From the human T2T-CHM13v2.0 reference genome, Homo sapiens, in NCBI RefSeq assembly GCF_009914755.1, contig NC_060930.1: a stretch of DNA of 64,000 bases; one strand, given 5' to 3'. A program made the position numbers and the translations under genes. The first letter of the stretch is position 1, and every line of letters starts with the position of its first letter. Positions 1 through 16,262 of the stretch are shown here, in pieces. The notes below the pieces were generated by a model. The model did no database searches. It saw only the letters and a list, made by a program, of their open reading frames with translations, and was not told where the DNA came from.

Positions 1-31
1 AGGTCAGAGAAAGTGGCAAGGGGTCACCTAC

Positions 32-207
32 CGGTCCCTGCATGAGGGTGGACAGCCAGCAGTGGTCCAGGCAGCAGGGGCTCCAGGGCTCCCACTGCAG
101 CCATCGCAGCAAGGAAGCGGAGTAGAAGCCCAGGGTCCCAGGGACAGCGGGATGCCGGGTGGTCAGGGCCACAGCGGGACAAATCCACACCCATGACCAC
201 CACAAAC
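32..207 (-). CDS. NOTCH4: NOTCH4 exon 23 (HD-C, FVVVMGVD...HPHAGT)
   Basis: 176 nt; CAG acceptor, GTAGGT donor. Confidence 0.95.
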
Positions 208-317
208 CTGTAGAGGAGGCACCTCAGAGACCTCTGTATTGGTCCCTGGCTCCCTTTCCTCCCTCTGCCCTCTTAAAAAAACTGGTGTCTGGCCCTTCCC
301 TCCACCTAGCTTCTTAC

Positions 318-701
318 CCAGCACTGAGGGAGTCGGTCTCCTTGCCCAGGGGCTGCGTTTGAGGGGCTGCTCTCTCCTGATAGGTGGGGTCCCGAGTTCC
401 TCCTAGCTTTTCTTCAGCCCGGGCCCCAGGATAGGGGTACACCATGTCCCTGCCATCACGATCCTTCCTTACCCAGAGTCCTACCCTCAGAGTCAGGGAC
501 AGCACCCGGGCCAGGGCAAACAGCTGCTGGTCTAGGGCTGGGGGGCTCAGTACCACCAGCAGGGCCAGGGAGGGCCCCCACTCTGGGTCCCCATCTTCAG
601 GCCTGCAGTCACCTCCATCCCAGCCACACTCTGCAGTGTTGCAGCCTTTCTCACAGTGCCCGTTGTGGAAGTGATCATGGCAGTACTGGTCATAGGCTGG
701 A
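318..701 (-). CDS. NOTCH4: NOTCH4 exon 22 (LNR-C and HD-N)
   Basis: 384 nt; GWDGGDC and MVYPY motifs; GTAAGA donor. Confidence 0.96.
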
Positions 702-1276
702 CTGTGGGGTAAGGAGAGGGGGACTCAGGACCTCCCTAAAACCTGACTCTTTTCTTCACCCTAGAAAGAATTCCCCATATTTTGTGCCCTCTAGGGCTTT
801 GGTTGCTAAGTGGGGGCAGCTGTGGAGCAATGAGCTTAGTCAAGTCCTGGATGGTAGTCCAGACACCCCAATGTCTGCTAACACCCCTGTCTCCCTAGAC
901 TGTCCCCTCTCTGTACCCTCCCAAGCTCTCCTCTGTTTCTAAAGGAGAGTCCCAGGCCCTTTTCCCTCTGTGAGGTGCTGACTGCTAGGGGAAATACCCC
1001 ATGGCAGCAAGGCTTAGGGAAGGAGGCTTGAGACCTGAGTTCCTACAACTCTTAGAGAGGAGCCCAAAGGCCACGCCCCACATTAAATACTGATGCCACC
1101 CCATTACCCTAGGTTGGAGTCCAGAGTCTTCGACCCCTGTTTAGTGATGGTTATTAGGGTGGAAACTCCCTGGAGCCCAAGGCTGTGGCCACACTGTAAC
1201 TCAGAGCCATCTACGTCCTTCCTCCTCCTCTCACCCACCCCTCTCCTTCCCTGGCTCCAGTGGATTTCAGGCTCAC

Positions 1277-1800
1277 GTGCAGGCTGGAGGGGTCTCACAG
1301 TCGTAGCCATCAAACAGACACTCTTCAGAGTCACACTGTGGGTGGCACTGCCCGTCCCGGAAGAGAAGCCAGCACCGAGAGTGGGAGGGGCAGCCCTTCC
1401 AGGGGTCTGGGACTCCCAGAGAGCAGTCCCCTCCATCCCAGTTTCCTCCCGGGCCACTGCAGCCAGCATCGCAGGCCCCATCTCCACTTCTGCCCTCACA
1501 CCCCTTGGCTCCGGGTTTCTGACACCGGGGCCCTGGAGAGCTGTGAGGGCAGGAGCATCGAAAGCCTGGGCCCCCCAAGCCCGTGGTCTCTGAGCAGCTG
1601 CCATTGTATAGGCATGGGGAGGGAGGGCCACAGCCTTTAGGAGCTGGTGGGGTCAGGCAGTCAGGACCCCCATAGCCACTGAGGCAGGCACAGCGTGGTG
1701 GGAAGCCTGGCTTAGGGGAGGGCAGACACAGGCCTCCGTGGTGGCAGTGATGGAAGCCGCAGGAAGGGGCCCTGTGGCTGCAGGTGGGGCCTTCAAAACC
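1277..1800 (-). CDS. NOTCH4: NOTCH4 exon 21 (last EGF repeats, LNR-A and LNR-B)
   Basis: 524 nt; ORF 1273..1833; WDGGDC and FDGYDC LNR motifs. Confidence 0.97.
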
Positions 1801-2090
1801 CTGTGGAGGGGAGGGGAGATATTGGAGATGCAACTTGCATTATTCTTCCCGCTCTCTATCAAGCAAACTCTTGGGTTAAGACGGTGCAAGGGTCCTAGAT
1901 TCTCATATCTAAAAGGCGCCTCAGAGAGCATCAAGTTAATCATTTTGTGGATGTTGAAACCATGTCCTGTGGTAATTTCACACAATGACATATTACATTC
2001 TGTTGAAAATGGATGAAGCACAGCTGTGTGCAACAACCTGATGGACTGTGGCATTACAGTGCAAGTCCTAGAAGACTAAACAGTTAATAG

Positions 2091-2401
<311 letters not shown>

Positions 2402-2969
2402 CAGGCTGTTATATTATTATCTTACTCCTTAGAAATAGGATCATATGTCTTCCTCTTCCTCTGGAGAGGGAACAGGATACAGGAGGAGGACTTAAGTAGA
2501 TGTAAGTTATTATTAATATTGAAATTCTTGGGTTAGGTTCATGGGTGTTACATTGTTAGAATAATAAAATAAAAGAAGACCAGGCATAAACCAATGTCAG
2601 TGTATCAGGAACCAAAGCTTAAGATTAGTCTAATTCCATGCATCTGAGGTCCATAAATACATATACAAACACACACAGAGTTAAAATAACCTATCTGAGG
2701 CCACCCACCACGCAGCTTGAGCTTGGGGAGCTCCTGACCTTCCCTTAGGCAACGCCTGTGATTTTTGAAAATTCCATTCATGCTATCAACTGATCCTGCC
2801 TTGCCTTTGACTGCTTCTGAGAGACACTTCCCACTGTGAGCTTGGCATGGCTTTTTCCAATAATTTCCACATCAGTGCTCACCCACAGTCCCTTCTGGGA
2901 TTCCAACTGAGGTATTCTTGCCTTGTCAGCATAGGGGGCAACAGAGAAGGCAGATTTGTGGTCACTTGC

Positions 2970-3082
2970 CTTGGGGCAGTGGCAGATGAAACCCAGGGGT
3001 GATCCTGCTGTGGCCTCACAGGTCCCTCCATGAAAGCAGGGTTGGCTGTGGCAGGGGTCTATCTCCACCTCACACCACTGGC
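2970..3082 (-). CDS. NOTCH4: NOTCH4 exon 20 (GQWCEVEIDPC...CHCPK), GC donor
   Basis: 113 nt; donor AAG|GCAAGT gives the correct phase into exon 21. Confidence 0.93.
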
Positions 3083-3336
3083 CTGTAATTATGGGGGAGA
3101 TTAGACGTCACACACTGCATCAGTCACTGCCTCCATCCTAGCTCATTCCTGGATGTTGGCCCAGTGCTAGATGTGCAGGTGAAGGGATCCTGGGGCATCT
3201 TTTCTGGGCGGGGGTGGGCGTGGAGGCAGGGGATGGACCAGGTGACGGCTGCCGCATGGGTGGAGACTATCTGGCTCTCCATGGTCTGCTTGGCTGTGCT
3301 CCAGACACACTTGTGCCCCTTGTCTTGGGGCCTCAC

Positions 3337-3589
3337 CTGTGTGTCCAGGCAGACACTGGCAGTAGAAGGCATTGGCCAGAGAGTGGCAGGCTGCAGTGCC
3401 TGTGGGGTGGCAGGGCTGGTCCAGACACTCGTCCACGTCTCCCTCACAGCGTAGCCCCACAAAGCCTGGAGGGCAGGCACAGTGGAAGCCTCCAGGTTTG
3501 GGAGTACAGGTTCCATGGTTGTGACAGGGTTGGGACTGACAAGCATCGAGTTCCTTTGAGCAGTTCTGTCCATCGTAGCCTGGGGCACA
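3337..3589 (-). CDS. NOTCH4: NOTCH4 exon 19 (CAPGYDG...LPGHT)
   Basis: 253 nt; ORF 3167..3661. Confidence 0.96.
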
Positions 3590-4467
3590 CTGCAGACAAA
3601 GAGGATTAGACAGGGAACCAGTGGATGAGCCCAACCCAGCACTACAAGGGACCCAGCTCAAGATAGTCTGTCCAGTCCCCCACCTTCCAGCTCAACAGCA
3701 TCACTCAACTCACCATCCATCATGGCCATGTGTCACAATCCTTCTATCTCAACTCCCCATGAGACACAATTGTTGGCGACACACAACTCAAACTTCCCCA
3801 GTCCCAAACAATCTCTATGACACACTGCCACCAAACACAGCACCATTTTTGGTAAAACCTTCCTCCCCTGCTAAATACCTACCAGGCTCTCTCATACTTT
3901 ATTAATTCATAAGCATCTATTGAGTGCCTACTTTGTGTCAGGCACCGTTTTAGGCACTAGGAATACAAAGAAAGTTAGAACCCATTCCTATTTCCTGGAA
4001 GCTCTCAGTCAACCAGAGGAAAGAAATGACTAGCATTTATTGCATGATTTATATACATAACCTAAAAATCCCCCTAATGACATTTTATTTGGGTTATCTC
4101 ATTCGATTTTTACTTTGCACGTAAGGAAGCTGAGTCTCTGAAAGGTTAGTGACTTGTGCAAGTCAAATAGCTATAGGTGGCAGAGCTGGGAATCAATGAA
4201 GGTCTGTGACTCCAAACCAATGCTCTTAACCATTTTCTGCTTCTTCATGCCACTCAGCTAGTGAGAGAAGGGTCATTGGCAAGATCTGTACCACGTGCTG
4301 GCTTCTTGCAAGAGGAAAGAGAGTGTGCAAGAGTACAGTACCAGGAAGGCAGGCTTCAAAGAGAGAAAAGGGAATTCACAGAGAATCCAAGGAGTGGTCA
4401 GAGAGCTGGAAGGAACAGGTGATGGGGGTGTTTTGGAGGAGGGAGCTTCATAAAAGAAGAAGTAAAT

Positions 4468-4852
<385 letters not shown>

Positions 4853-4946
4853 TCATAATAAAAGGTTAAAAAATAAAATAAAAAAGTGAAAAAAGAGGGT
4901 AGGTTAGGGTATCTGTCTTGAGCCTTCTATCAAAAGTTGTGGTTCT

Positions 4947-5257
<311 letters not shown>

Positions 5258-6120
5258 CTATATCTCAAAATAATAAAAGCCATATATGACAAACCCACAG
5301 CTAACATCATATTGAATGGGGAAAAGTTGAAAGCCTTTCCTCTAAGATCTGGAACAAGACAAGGATGCTCACTTTCACTATTTTTATTCAAGGTAATACT
5401 GGAAGTCCTGGCCAGAGCAATTAGGCAGCAGAAAGAAATAAAGGGCATCCAAATTGCAAAAGAAGAACTCAAATTATCCATGTTCACAGATGACATAATC
5501 CTATATTTAGAAAAACCTAAAGAAAACACTGGTTATAAACAAATTCAGTAAAGCTGTAGGATACAAAATCAATGTAGAAAAAGTAGTAGCATTTCTATAC
5601 GCTAACAGCAAACAATCAGAAAAAGAAATCAAGAAAGCAATCCCATTTATAATAGTTACAAAAAATAAAAACAAATGAATAAATTTAACCAAAGAAGTGA
5701 AAGAGTACTGCAATGACAGCTATAAAACATTGATGAAATAAATTGAAGAGGACACAAAAAAATGGAAAGATATCCTGTGTTCATGGATTGGAAGAATGAA
5801 TACTGCTAAAATGTCTGTGCTTACCAAAGTGATCTACAGAGTCATGCAACCCCTATGAAAATACCAATAATATTCTTTACAGAAATAGAAAAAACAACCC
5901 TAAAATTTATCTGAACTGTAAAAGACCCAAATAGCCAAAGCAGTCCTGAGCAAAAAGAACAAAGCTAGAGGTACCACACTACCTAACTTAAAAATATACT
6001 ATAAAGCTATAGTAACCAAAACAGCATGGTGCTGGCATAAAAAACAGACACATAGACCAATGGAATGTAATAGAGAGCCCAGAAAAACAAGTCCAAACAT
6101 TTAACAGCCAACTTACTTTC

Positions 6121-6428
6121 TTTTTTCTTTTCTTTCCTTTTTTTTTTTTTGAGATGGAGTCTTGCTCTGTTGCCAGGCTGGAGTGCAATGGCACGATCTG
6201 GCTCACTGCAACCTCCACCTCCTGGGTTCAAGCGATTCTCCTGCCTCAGCCTCCTGAGTAGCTGGGATTACAGGTGCGCACCACCATGCCTGGCTAATTT
6301 TTGTATTTTTAGTAGAGACGGGGGTTTCACTATGTTGGTCAGGCTGGTCTCGAACTCCTGACCTTGTGATCTGCCCGCCTCGGTCTCCCAAAATGCTGGG
6401 ATTACAGGCATGAGCCACCACTCCCGGC
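6121..6428 (-). mobile_element. Alu with 15-bp TSD
   Basis: AGCCAACTTACTTTC on both flanks (6106-6120, 6430-6444). Confidence 0.93.
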
Positions 6429-6542
6429 CAGCCAACTTACTTTCAACAAAGGCACCAAGTACACACACTGGGGAAAGGACACTCTCTTCAATAAATTGTG
6501 CTGGGAAAACTGGATATCCATATGCAGAAGAAACTAAACCTA

Positions 6543-6859
<317 letters not shown>

Positions 6860-6946
6860 CTAAATCTCTATCTGTCATCATATACAAAATAGATTAAAGC
6901 CTTACATGTACAGCTGGAAACTTGAAGCCACTAAAAAAAAAATTCA

Positions 6947-7219
<273 letters not shown>

Positions 7220-7645
7220 TCATTTGGGAAATGCTTCAAGACATTGGTCTGGGCAAAAGTTTTTTGGGTAAGACCTCAACAGCCAGGCAACAAAGGCAAC
7301 AACAGACAAATGTGATTACATCAAGCTAAAAAGTGTCTGTGCAGCAAAGGAAACAATTAATGGAGTGAAGAGGCAACCTACAGAATAGAAGAAAATATTT
7401 GCAAACTGTCTGACAAGGGATTAATAATCAGAACGTATAAGGAACTCAACAGCAAACACCACCACTACCACCACCGACAAATAATGTGGTTTAAAAAATG
7501 AGCAAATTATCTGAACAGACATTTCTCAAAAGAAGACATACAAATGGCCAACAGGTATATGGATGCAAATCAGGGAAATGTAAATCAAAACCACAATGAG
7601 ATATCATCTCACACCAGTTAAAGTGGCTATTATTGAAAACACAAG

Positions 7646-8017
<372 letters not shown>

Positions 8018-8797
8018 CTAACACAGCCAGTATGGAGAAAAGTATGGAAGTTTCTCAAAAATTAAAAATAGATCTACCATGTGATCAATCTACTGTTCAT
8101 TACATATCCAAAGGAAATCAGTATCTTGAAGAGATATCTGCATCCCCATATTTATTGCAGCACTGTTCACAATAGCTAACATATGGAATTAACTGAAGTG
8201 CCATCAACAAATGAATGGAAAAAAGAAACTGTGTCATATAGACACAATGGAATATTATTCAGCCAGAAAAAGAATGAAATCCTATCATTTTCAGCAACAT
8301 GGATGAAACTGAAGGACATTATGTTAAGTGAAATAAGCCAGGCACGGAAAGACAAATATTGCATGTCTCTCACCTTCACCTTTGTGCCACTGCCTTAGTT
8401 AGTCCTGACCTTTCTTGCATTCCAGGTAGATACTTGCATCAGCCTCCTATTGCATGTGTAATATTGCTCCTCACTCATATGTGGGAGCTAAAAAAGTTAG
8501 TCTCATGGAAGTAGGGTAGAATGATGGTTACCAGAGGTTAGAAAGGGTGGCAGGGAGGGGGAGATGAAGAGAGGTTGGTTAATGGATACAAAATTATGGT
8601 CATATAGAAGGAATAAGTTCTAGTGTTAGATAGCAGAGAAGGATGGTGATAGTTAACAATTTGTATTTCAAAATAACTAGAAGAGAAGATTTGAAATGTT
8701 CTCAACACAAAGAAATGATGTTTGAGATGATAGATATCCCAATTACCCTGATTTGATCATGATACATTGTATGCATGTATCAAAATATCACATGTGT

Positions 8798-9149
<352 letters not shown>

Positions 9150-9945
9150 TCAATAACAAAAGAAAATAAAATGGCAACCACACACACAAAAAAGTTGTGG
9201 TTCTGAGCATATGAATCAGGCTGCTTAGACTTGAATGCCAGCTTTGCCTCTCCTGGCTTAGTGACCTGGACCACAAAGAAGAGGCCCTAATCCAGCCTGG
9301 GGAGAAGTTAGGGACACCTTCCTGAAGAAGATGCCTCCTGAACACCAGCCTGTGGAAGAGGGGTTGGGAAGGCCATTCCAGGTAGTGTCAATAGCAGGGA
9401 TAAAGGCTGAGAGGCAAGAATCAGTATGGGGTACGTGGCAAAGTCAGCAGCAGTTTCATGTTGCTGGAGCAGAGAGTAGAAGGGTGGGATGGGGAGAGCT
9501 GAGGCCTGAGAGGCAGGCAGGGCTGGGTCATGCAGGCCTTGGACTTTATTCAGAATGAGGCGGGCAGCCTCCGAAGGTTCAGCAGGGGAGAGACAGGTCA
9601 ACTGGACATTTTCAGTAGAGTACCCTGGCCACGGGGTAAAGGCTGAACCTATAGAAGGACAAGTGTGGAGGCAGAGACTGTAGTTAGGAGGCTGATGCAA
9701 GTATCTATCTGGAACGCAACAAAGGTCAGGACTCAGGCAGTGGGACAAAGGGTGAAGGTGAAAGCACAGACTTGAGAAAACTTCAGGAGATAAAGTGGCA
9801 TGACTTTGTGGTTAGTTGGGTGTGTGGGGTTAAAAAAAATAAAAGGAGGTGAAATGGATACATTGGGTCTTCCCTCAGTCACTACTGTCTCTCCCATCCA
9901 GCCCACCCTTGTCTTTCCTCCCCCTTCTCCTGCAGACCCTCTCAC

Positions 9946-10130
9946 CTGGCAGAGATACCCACTGGGCTGGGCCATGCAGGTGGCCCCGTTCTGGCAAGGC
10001 CTGGACTCACATGGGTTCACGTGATCCTGGCACAGGCTGCCTTGGAATCCAGGGGGGCAGTGGCAGAAATAGGAGGGGCCGCTGTCGACACAGAGGCCTC
10101 CATTGTGGCAAAGGGAAGAGACGTCTATGC
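9946..10130 (-). CDS. NOTCH4: NOTCH4 exon 18 (GIDVSSLC...GYLCQ)
   Basis: 185 nt; ORF 9733..10185. Confidence 0.95.
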
Positions 10131-10172
10131 CTGGGGAGAGAGACAAACAGGGATATACAAAGATAAGTGGGG

Positions 10173-10487
<315 letters not shown>

Positions 10488-10506
10488 AAACGGTAAATGG
10501 GGATGT

Positions 10507-11035
<529 letters not shown>

Positions 11036-11667
11036 CTAAAGCTTATCATAATGTTAAAGCAACTGTTTTCTTGGCTTAAAGCAAGGCTTGAGCAAGAAAT
11101 AATTCAAGGTATGCCTCAAGTGAGGACAAGTGGCTTAAGTCTGTCCCCTGAGTTCTGCATTCCTTTAATGTTCTCTCCCTGTGATTCCCATCAGCTATCC
11201 CTTAACTCCATCATAATCTCTTTCCCGAGCTCTTCTCATATCAAACCTTATTTTAGTGTTCTTTTACAAAGAGGGTGGCGTGACATCGAAGTGAGTGGGG
11301 TGGGGTGAAATGTGTTGAGTGTAGCTGGATTAAGTGTGGTCCACTCTGCCTGGGTTATGATGATCAGGACAGAGTTGAGTTGCTCCACGTTGAGTCATGT
11401 CCCTCATGGTTGGGTTAAACTGGAATCCTGTGGAATGGGCTGGTTGGTGTTGCTTGAATTGCGTTAAATGAGGTAACAGGAATTGTGTTAGGCTTCTCTG
11501 ATTGCACAATTCAACACCTCTGCAATCAAGAACTGATTTGTCTGTGTGGTTTTGATTCTCAGGTGGTTGTTTTGGCCAAAAGCTGTGTGGAAGCCCACAG
11601 GAACGGGGCAGGTGAGAACACCCATATTTTCTTCATTTGCTCTCCAGTCAGTGCCGGCGTTGGTTAC

Positions 11668-11821
11668 CTTGGCTCAGTGCAGCCTTCTGGCAGGAGGACA
11701 GTGGAAGGTTGCAGAGAGGCCCGGTCCATCCCTGGAGGCACAAGCAGTGGAAGGAGGGCCCAGTCTGGAGGCAGTGGGAATTGCGTGGGCAGGGCTTCTG
11801 GGCACATAAGTCCATCAGAGT
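11668..11821 (-). CDS. NOTCH4: NOTCH4 exon 17 (TLMDLCAQK...AALSQ)
   Basis: 154 nt; ORF 11648..11854. Confidence 0.95.
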
Positions 11822-12017
11822 CTGAGGGGTGGGAGGGAGCGTGAGGCAGGACATAGCATCAGATTCTCAGCCCAGAGATGGTCCTCTGCCCACTCCAGCT
11901 CCTCGAAATCCCTTACTTCAAAAACCTTCTCCTGAATGGCCTGGGACCAGGTGACCCTCCCTGGTTTCCCTCCCAGCCACTTCCCTCCTCAGCACGCCTG
12001 ACTTCAATGGCCCTCAC

Positions 12018-12105
12018 CTGGCAGCTGCCTCCGGTGTAGCCAGTGGGGCAGAGGCAGCGGGGACCCTGAGGGCTGTCCTGGCAGGTTGCCCTATTCCTAC
12101 AGGGG
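12018..12105 (-). CDS. NOTCH4: NOTCH4 exon 16 (SPCRNRATC...GGSCQ)
   Basis: 88 nt; canonical sites. Confidence 0.95.
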
Positions 12106-12328
12106 CTGAACAAGACAGAGACAGGGCATGATAGGAAGAAGTTCGGGCAACAAGGGGAAGGTAGTGTGTGATATTGTCGGGAGGCAACCACAGGGAGGTG
12201 GCAAGCCAGGAGGGAAGGCGGAACGAGGTGTGGGGTGGGAGGCAGCCTGGAACCCAGGGGGAGATGAGAGGAGGGGTGGGAAGGCTGAGGGGTTTTCTCC
12301 CTTCTAGGGGTCTTTGGGCCCTGCTCAC

Positions 12329-12446
12329 CTGTCTGCACAGCTGGGGCGGAGCTTTCCCTCACAGCGCGGGCCCTGGAAGCCCATGGCACAGAGGCAGGAG
12401 AAGGTGCCAGGCCTGTTCACACAGGTACCCCCATTGAAGCACGGGG
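12329..12446 (-). CDS. NOTCH4: NOTCH4 exon 15 (APCFNGGTC...RPSCAD)
   Basis: 118 nt; canonical sites. Confidence 0.95.
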
Positions 12447-12597
12447 CTGGAGAGAGGAGGCTGTGAGGGTTTGGGTTCCTTGCCTGTAACCTGGCCTGTG
12501 ACCTCAGTCACACTGTACATAGGACATACACCCCCCACCCCCATCAAAACGACAGCTCACTGCCATCCAATTAATTTTTATTTATATGATATTTTAT

Positions 12598-12786
12598 TGT
12601 TTTTAGATAGGGTCTTGCTCTGTTACCCAGGCAGTGGTGCCATCAGAGCTCACTGCAGTCTTAACCTTCTGGGCTCAAGTCATCCTCCCACCTTAGCCTC
12701 CCAAGTATTTGAGACTACAGGCCTTAGCCACTGTGTGCCCAGCTAATTTAGAGATGGAGTTTCATTATGTTTCCCAGGCTGGTCTG
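12598..12786 (-). mobile_element. Old partial Alu (J/FLAM-like) in intron 14
   Basis: GGGTCTTGCTCTG...GGGCTCAAG...CCTCCCACC. Confidence 0.75.
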
Positions 12787-12881
12787 TTCAATTAAATTTT
12801 AAAAAATATGACACAAGCATACCCTCCTTAGTTCTTCCATTCTCCTGTGGACCCCAGCCCCATGACACAGTGGGCACTCAC

Positions 12882-13034
12882 CAGACACACAGTAGTCAGT
12901 GCTGGTTTGGCACTGGGGCCCTGTGTGGCTTGGAGGGCAGGTGCAGTAGTAGCCTCCAGGGCTAGGGTTGCAGGAGCCGCCATTGAGACATGGCCCTGAG
13001 TGACAAGCTGTCATCTCCTCACTACAGGTGGGTC
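12882..13034 (-). CDS. NOTCH4: NOTCH4 exon 14 (GPTCSEEMTAC...TDYCVS)
   Basis: 153 nt; ORF 12799..13149. Confidence 0.95.
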
Positions 13035-13303
13035 CTGAAGGAAACAGGTGGGGGCTGAGAAAGGGTGTCCTCCTTCCCTCCCTCCGCTCTCCTTCTCTTT
13101 CCTCTTCCTTCCCTTCCTCATCCCCAACCCTATTATTCTTTCCCATCAACCTCCGTTCTCACCACCTCCCACACATCACCCGTGTCCCCTGCAGTCCAGT
13201 TCTCCTTAGTGGTGACTGAGACTCAGGGCCCGTGGTCGCCTGCCTTACCCTTGACATAGGGGGTGACCAGCACAGGGTGTATATGGTTTAGGGAGGGTCT
13301 CAC

Positions 13304-13449
13304 CTGTGTAGCCTGTAGGGCAGGTGCAGTTGTAGCCAGAGGGCTGGGGGTAGCAGGTCCCCCCATGGGCACAGGGTGCAGAGATGCAGCCCCCTAGCTC
13401 TGCCTCACACTCTGGCCCCGTCCAACCCACGTCACACACACATGAGGAT
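13304..13449 (-). CDS. NOTCH4: NOTCH4 exon 13 (SSCVCDVGW...CPTGYT)
   Basis: 146 nt; ORF 13245..13439. Confidence 0.95.
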
Positions 13450-13621
13450 CTGGTTGTAAAGAGAAAGGGGAGGGTTTTTCTCTTCTCCTACTGCTTATGT
13501 TCCCCTCCCTGCTGCCTGGACCCCTATGACTTCCTCTTCTTTTGGCCCTGAGATTCTGGCCTCTTTCTTCAGTGACTTTGCTCTCAGCACCGCCCCCATC
13601 CTCCCCAACACCTGCTCATTT

Positions 13622-13661
13622 TCTCCAACTAGATATATGCATCTATATATCTAGTTGGAGA
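13622..13661. repeat. Perfect 17-bp inverted repeat with 6-nt spacer, followed by (TA)n(CA)n
   Basis: TCTCCAACTAGATATAT-gcatct-ATATATCTAGTTGGAGA. Confidence 0.95.
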
Positions 13662-13705
13662 TATATATATATATATATACACACACATATATATTCTTTC
13701 TGTAA

Positions 13706-14130
<425 letters not shown>

Positions 14131-14420
14131 TCAGCAGATATTTTTCTAATGAATGATTAATTCGCCCTGGGATTTAGTGCTCTTCTTTCTGCTCTGACCC
14201 CCTGGTCCTCTGTTTCCACCAGTTTTTGTGGACTCTCTTCTCCTTGGATAACACTTACCAGTTGAGCCCTCCCACTGCCTTGCCCTAAGAACTTTGCCAT
14301 CTCCTTCCTTTTCCCCATTGGTCATTTCTCACAGACCTACATCTCACTGGCTGTCTTCTCCTGTCCTAGCGAAGGGAGCCCAAAGGAGGGGGCAGATGGG
14401 GAGGGTCTGGAAGATGTTAC

Positions 14421-14580
14421 CTCTGGCAGTGCCCGTGGTGGCAGGTGCAGTTGTCCTCAGGTGGGGCACAGCCAGGGCTTCCATCAGGACAGAGGCAGTT
14501 GGCCTTGTCTTTCTGGTCCTTACATATCTGCTTGGGCTGGCACAGGTTGGGAGCACACAGGGGAACCTCACAGAGCTGGC
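14421..14580 (-). CDS. NOTCH4: NOTCH4 exon 12 (GQLCEVPLCAP...CHHGHCQR)
   Basis: 160 nt; ORF 14417..14647. Confidence 0.95.
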
Positions 14581-14618
14581 CTGGGGTGGGAAAATGGGTC
14601 AAAAAGAAAACAGCTCCT

Positions 14619-14668
14619 CCACATCCTTCATTGGGCCAAAGCCACATCCTTCATTGGGCCAAAGCCAC
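14619..14668. repeat. 23-bp perfect tandem duplication near exon 12 acceptor
   Basis: CCACATCCTTCATTGGGCCAAAG x2 + CCAC. Confidence 0.95.
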
Positions 14669-14864
14669 TTCTTATGCTTGCCTTACTCACTCCCTATGAA
14701 CCCATGAACCTGTCCTTCAATGGGTCCCTATTGCCTTTAAGATATTGTTTAACTTTCTCAGAATGATATGCAGAGTCCTGCAGGACATGACATTTGTACA
14801 ACAGCTGTGTTTCTCATCTTTGCCTTGCTGTACCCTTAACTCTGACTTTCTTACAGTTCCTTAA

Positions 14865-15622
<758 letters not shown>

Positions 15623-16139
15623 TCTGCTTATCTTTCAAAACTCATCTCAGCCATCACCTCCTCCATTTTTAGTCTGGGTTGGCTGGTCCTCTGTGCTCTT
15701 GTAATATCCTGCACGTTTTTCTCTCAGAGCACCTCTGTGGGCTATGATCAACAGGAGACTTGTTGGTCTCTCTGTATTAGACTTAAAGTCACATGAAGAT
15801 GGCAACTGTCTTACTCAGATTTGCCTCCGTATCTGGCATAGTAGGCAGTTGGTAAGTGCTTGCTAAATAAGCAAGTGAATGCCTTTTCTTTGAGCCCCGT
15901 CCTCTGCTCCCAAGCCGCAATCACACCATTTACACTGGGCCCATGTGGGCCCTACGGTAACCCCTGCCCTTGTCCCCATGGTTGTACAATTGTGCAGGTT
16001 TTACACTAAATAACTTTAAAGGATACCATTCTCATTCTATTCTCACATCCCAACCATCAAACACCCACCAATGAACTCTGCCCCAACCCAAATGGAATAA
16101 AATATTCTGCCAGTTCTTTCCAATGCCTCCCCTGTGAAC

Positions 16140-16262
16140 CTGTGAAACCAGAGGGGCAGAGGCAAAAGAAGGCTCCTGGAAGATCAAGGCAGCTGGCTCC
16201 AACGGGACATGGGTCACTCAGGCACTCATCCACCTCTGTTTGACAGCGTGGCCCTTCAAAGC
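16140..16262 (-). CDS. NOTCH4: NOTCH4 exon 11 ([14 protein letters not shown]...CPSGFT)
   Basis: 123 nt; weak donor AG|GTTCAC; preceding intron only 85 nt. Confidence 0.94.

Noticed and set aside
1093-1640. 166/175/126-aa ORFs overlapping exon 21
   Set aside because: Alternative-frame or antisense shadows of a GC-rich coding exon
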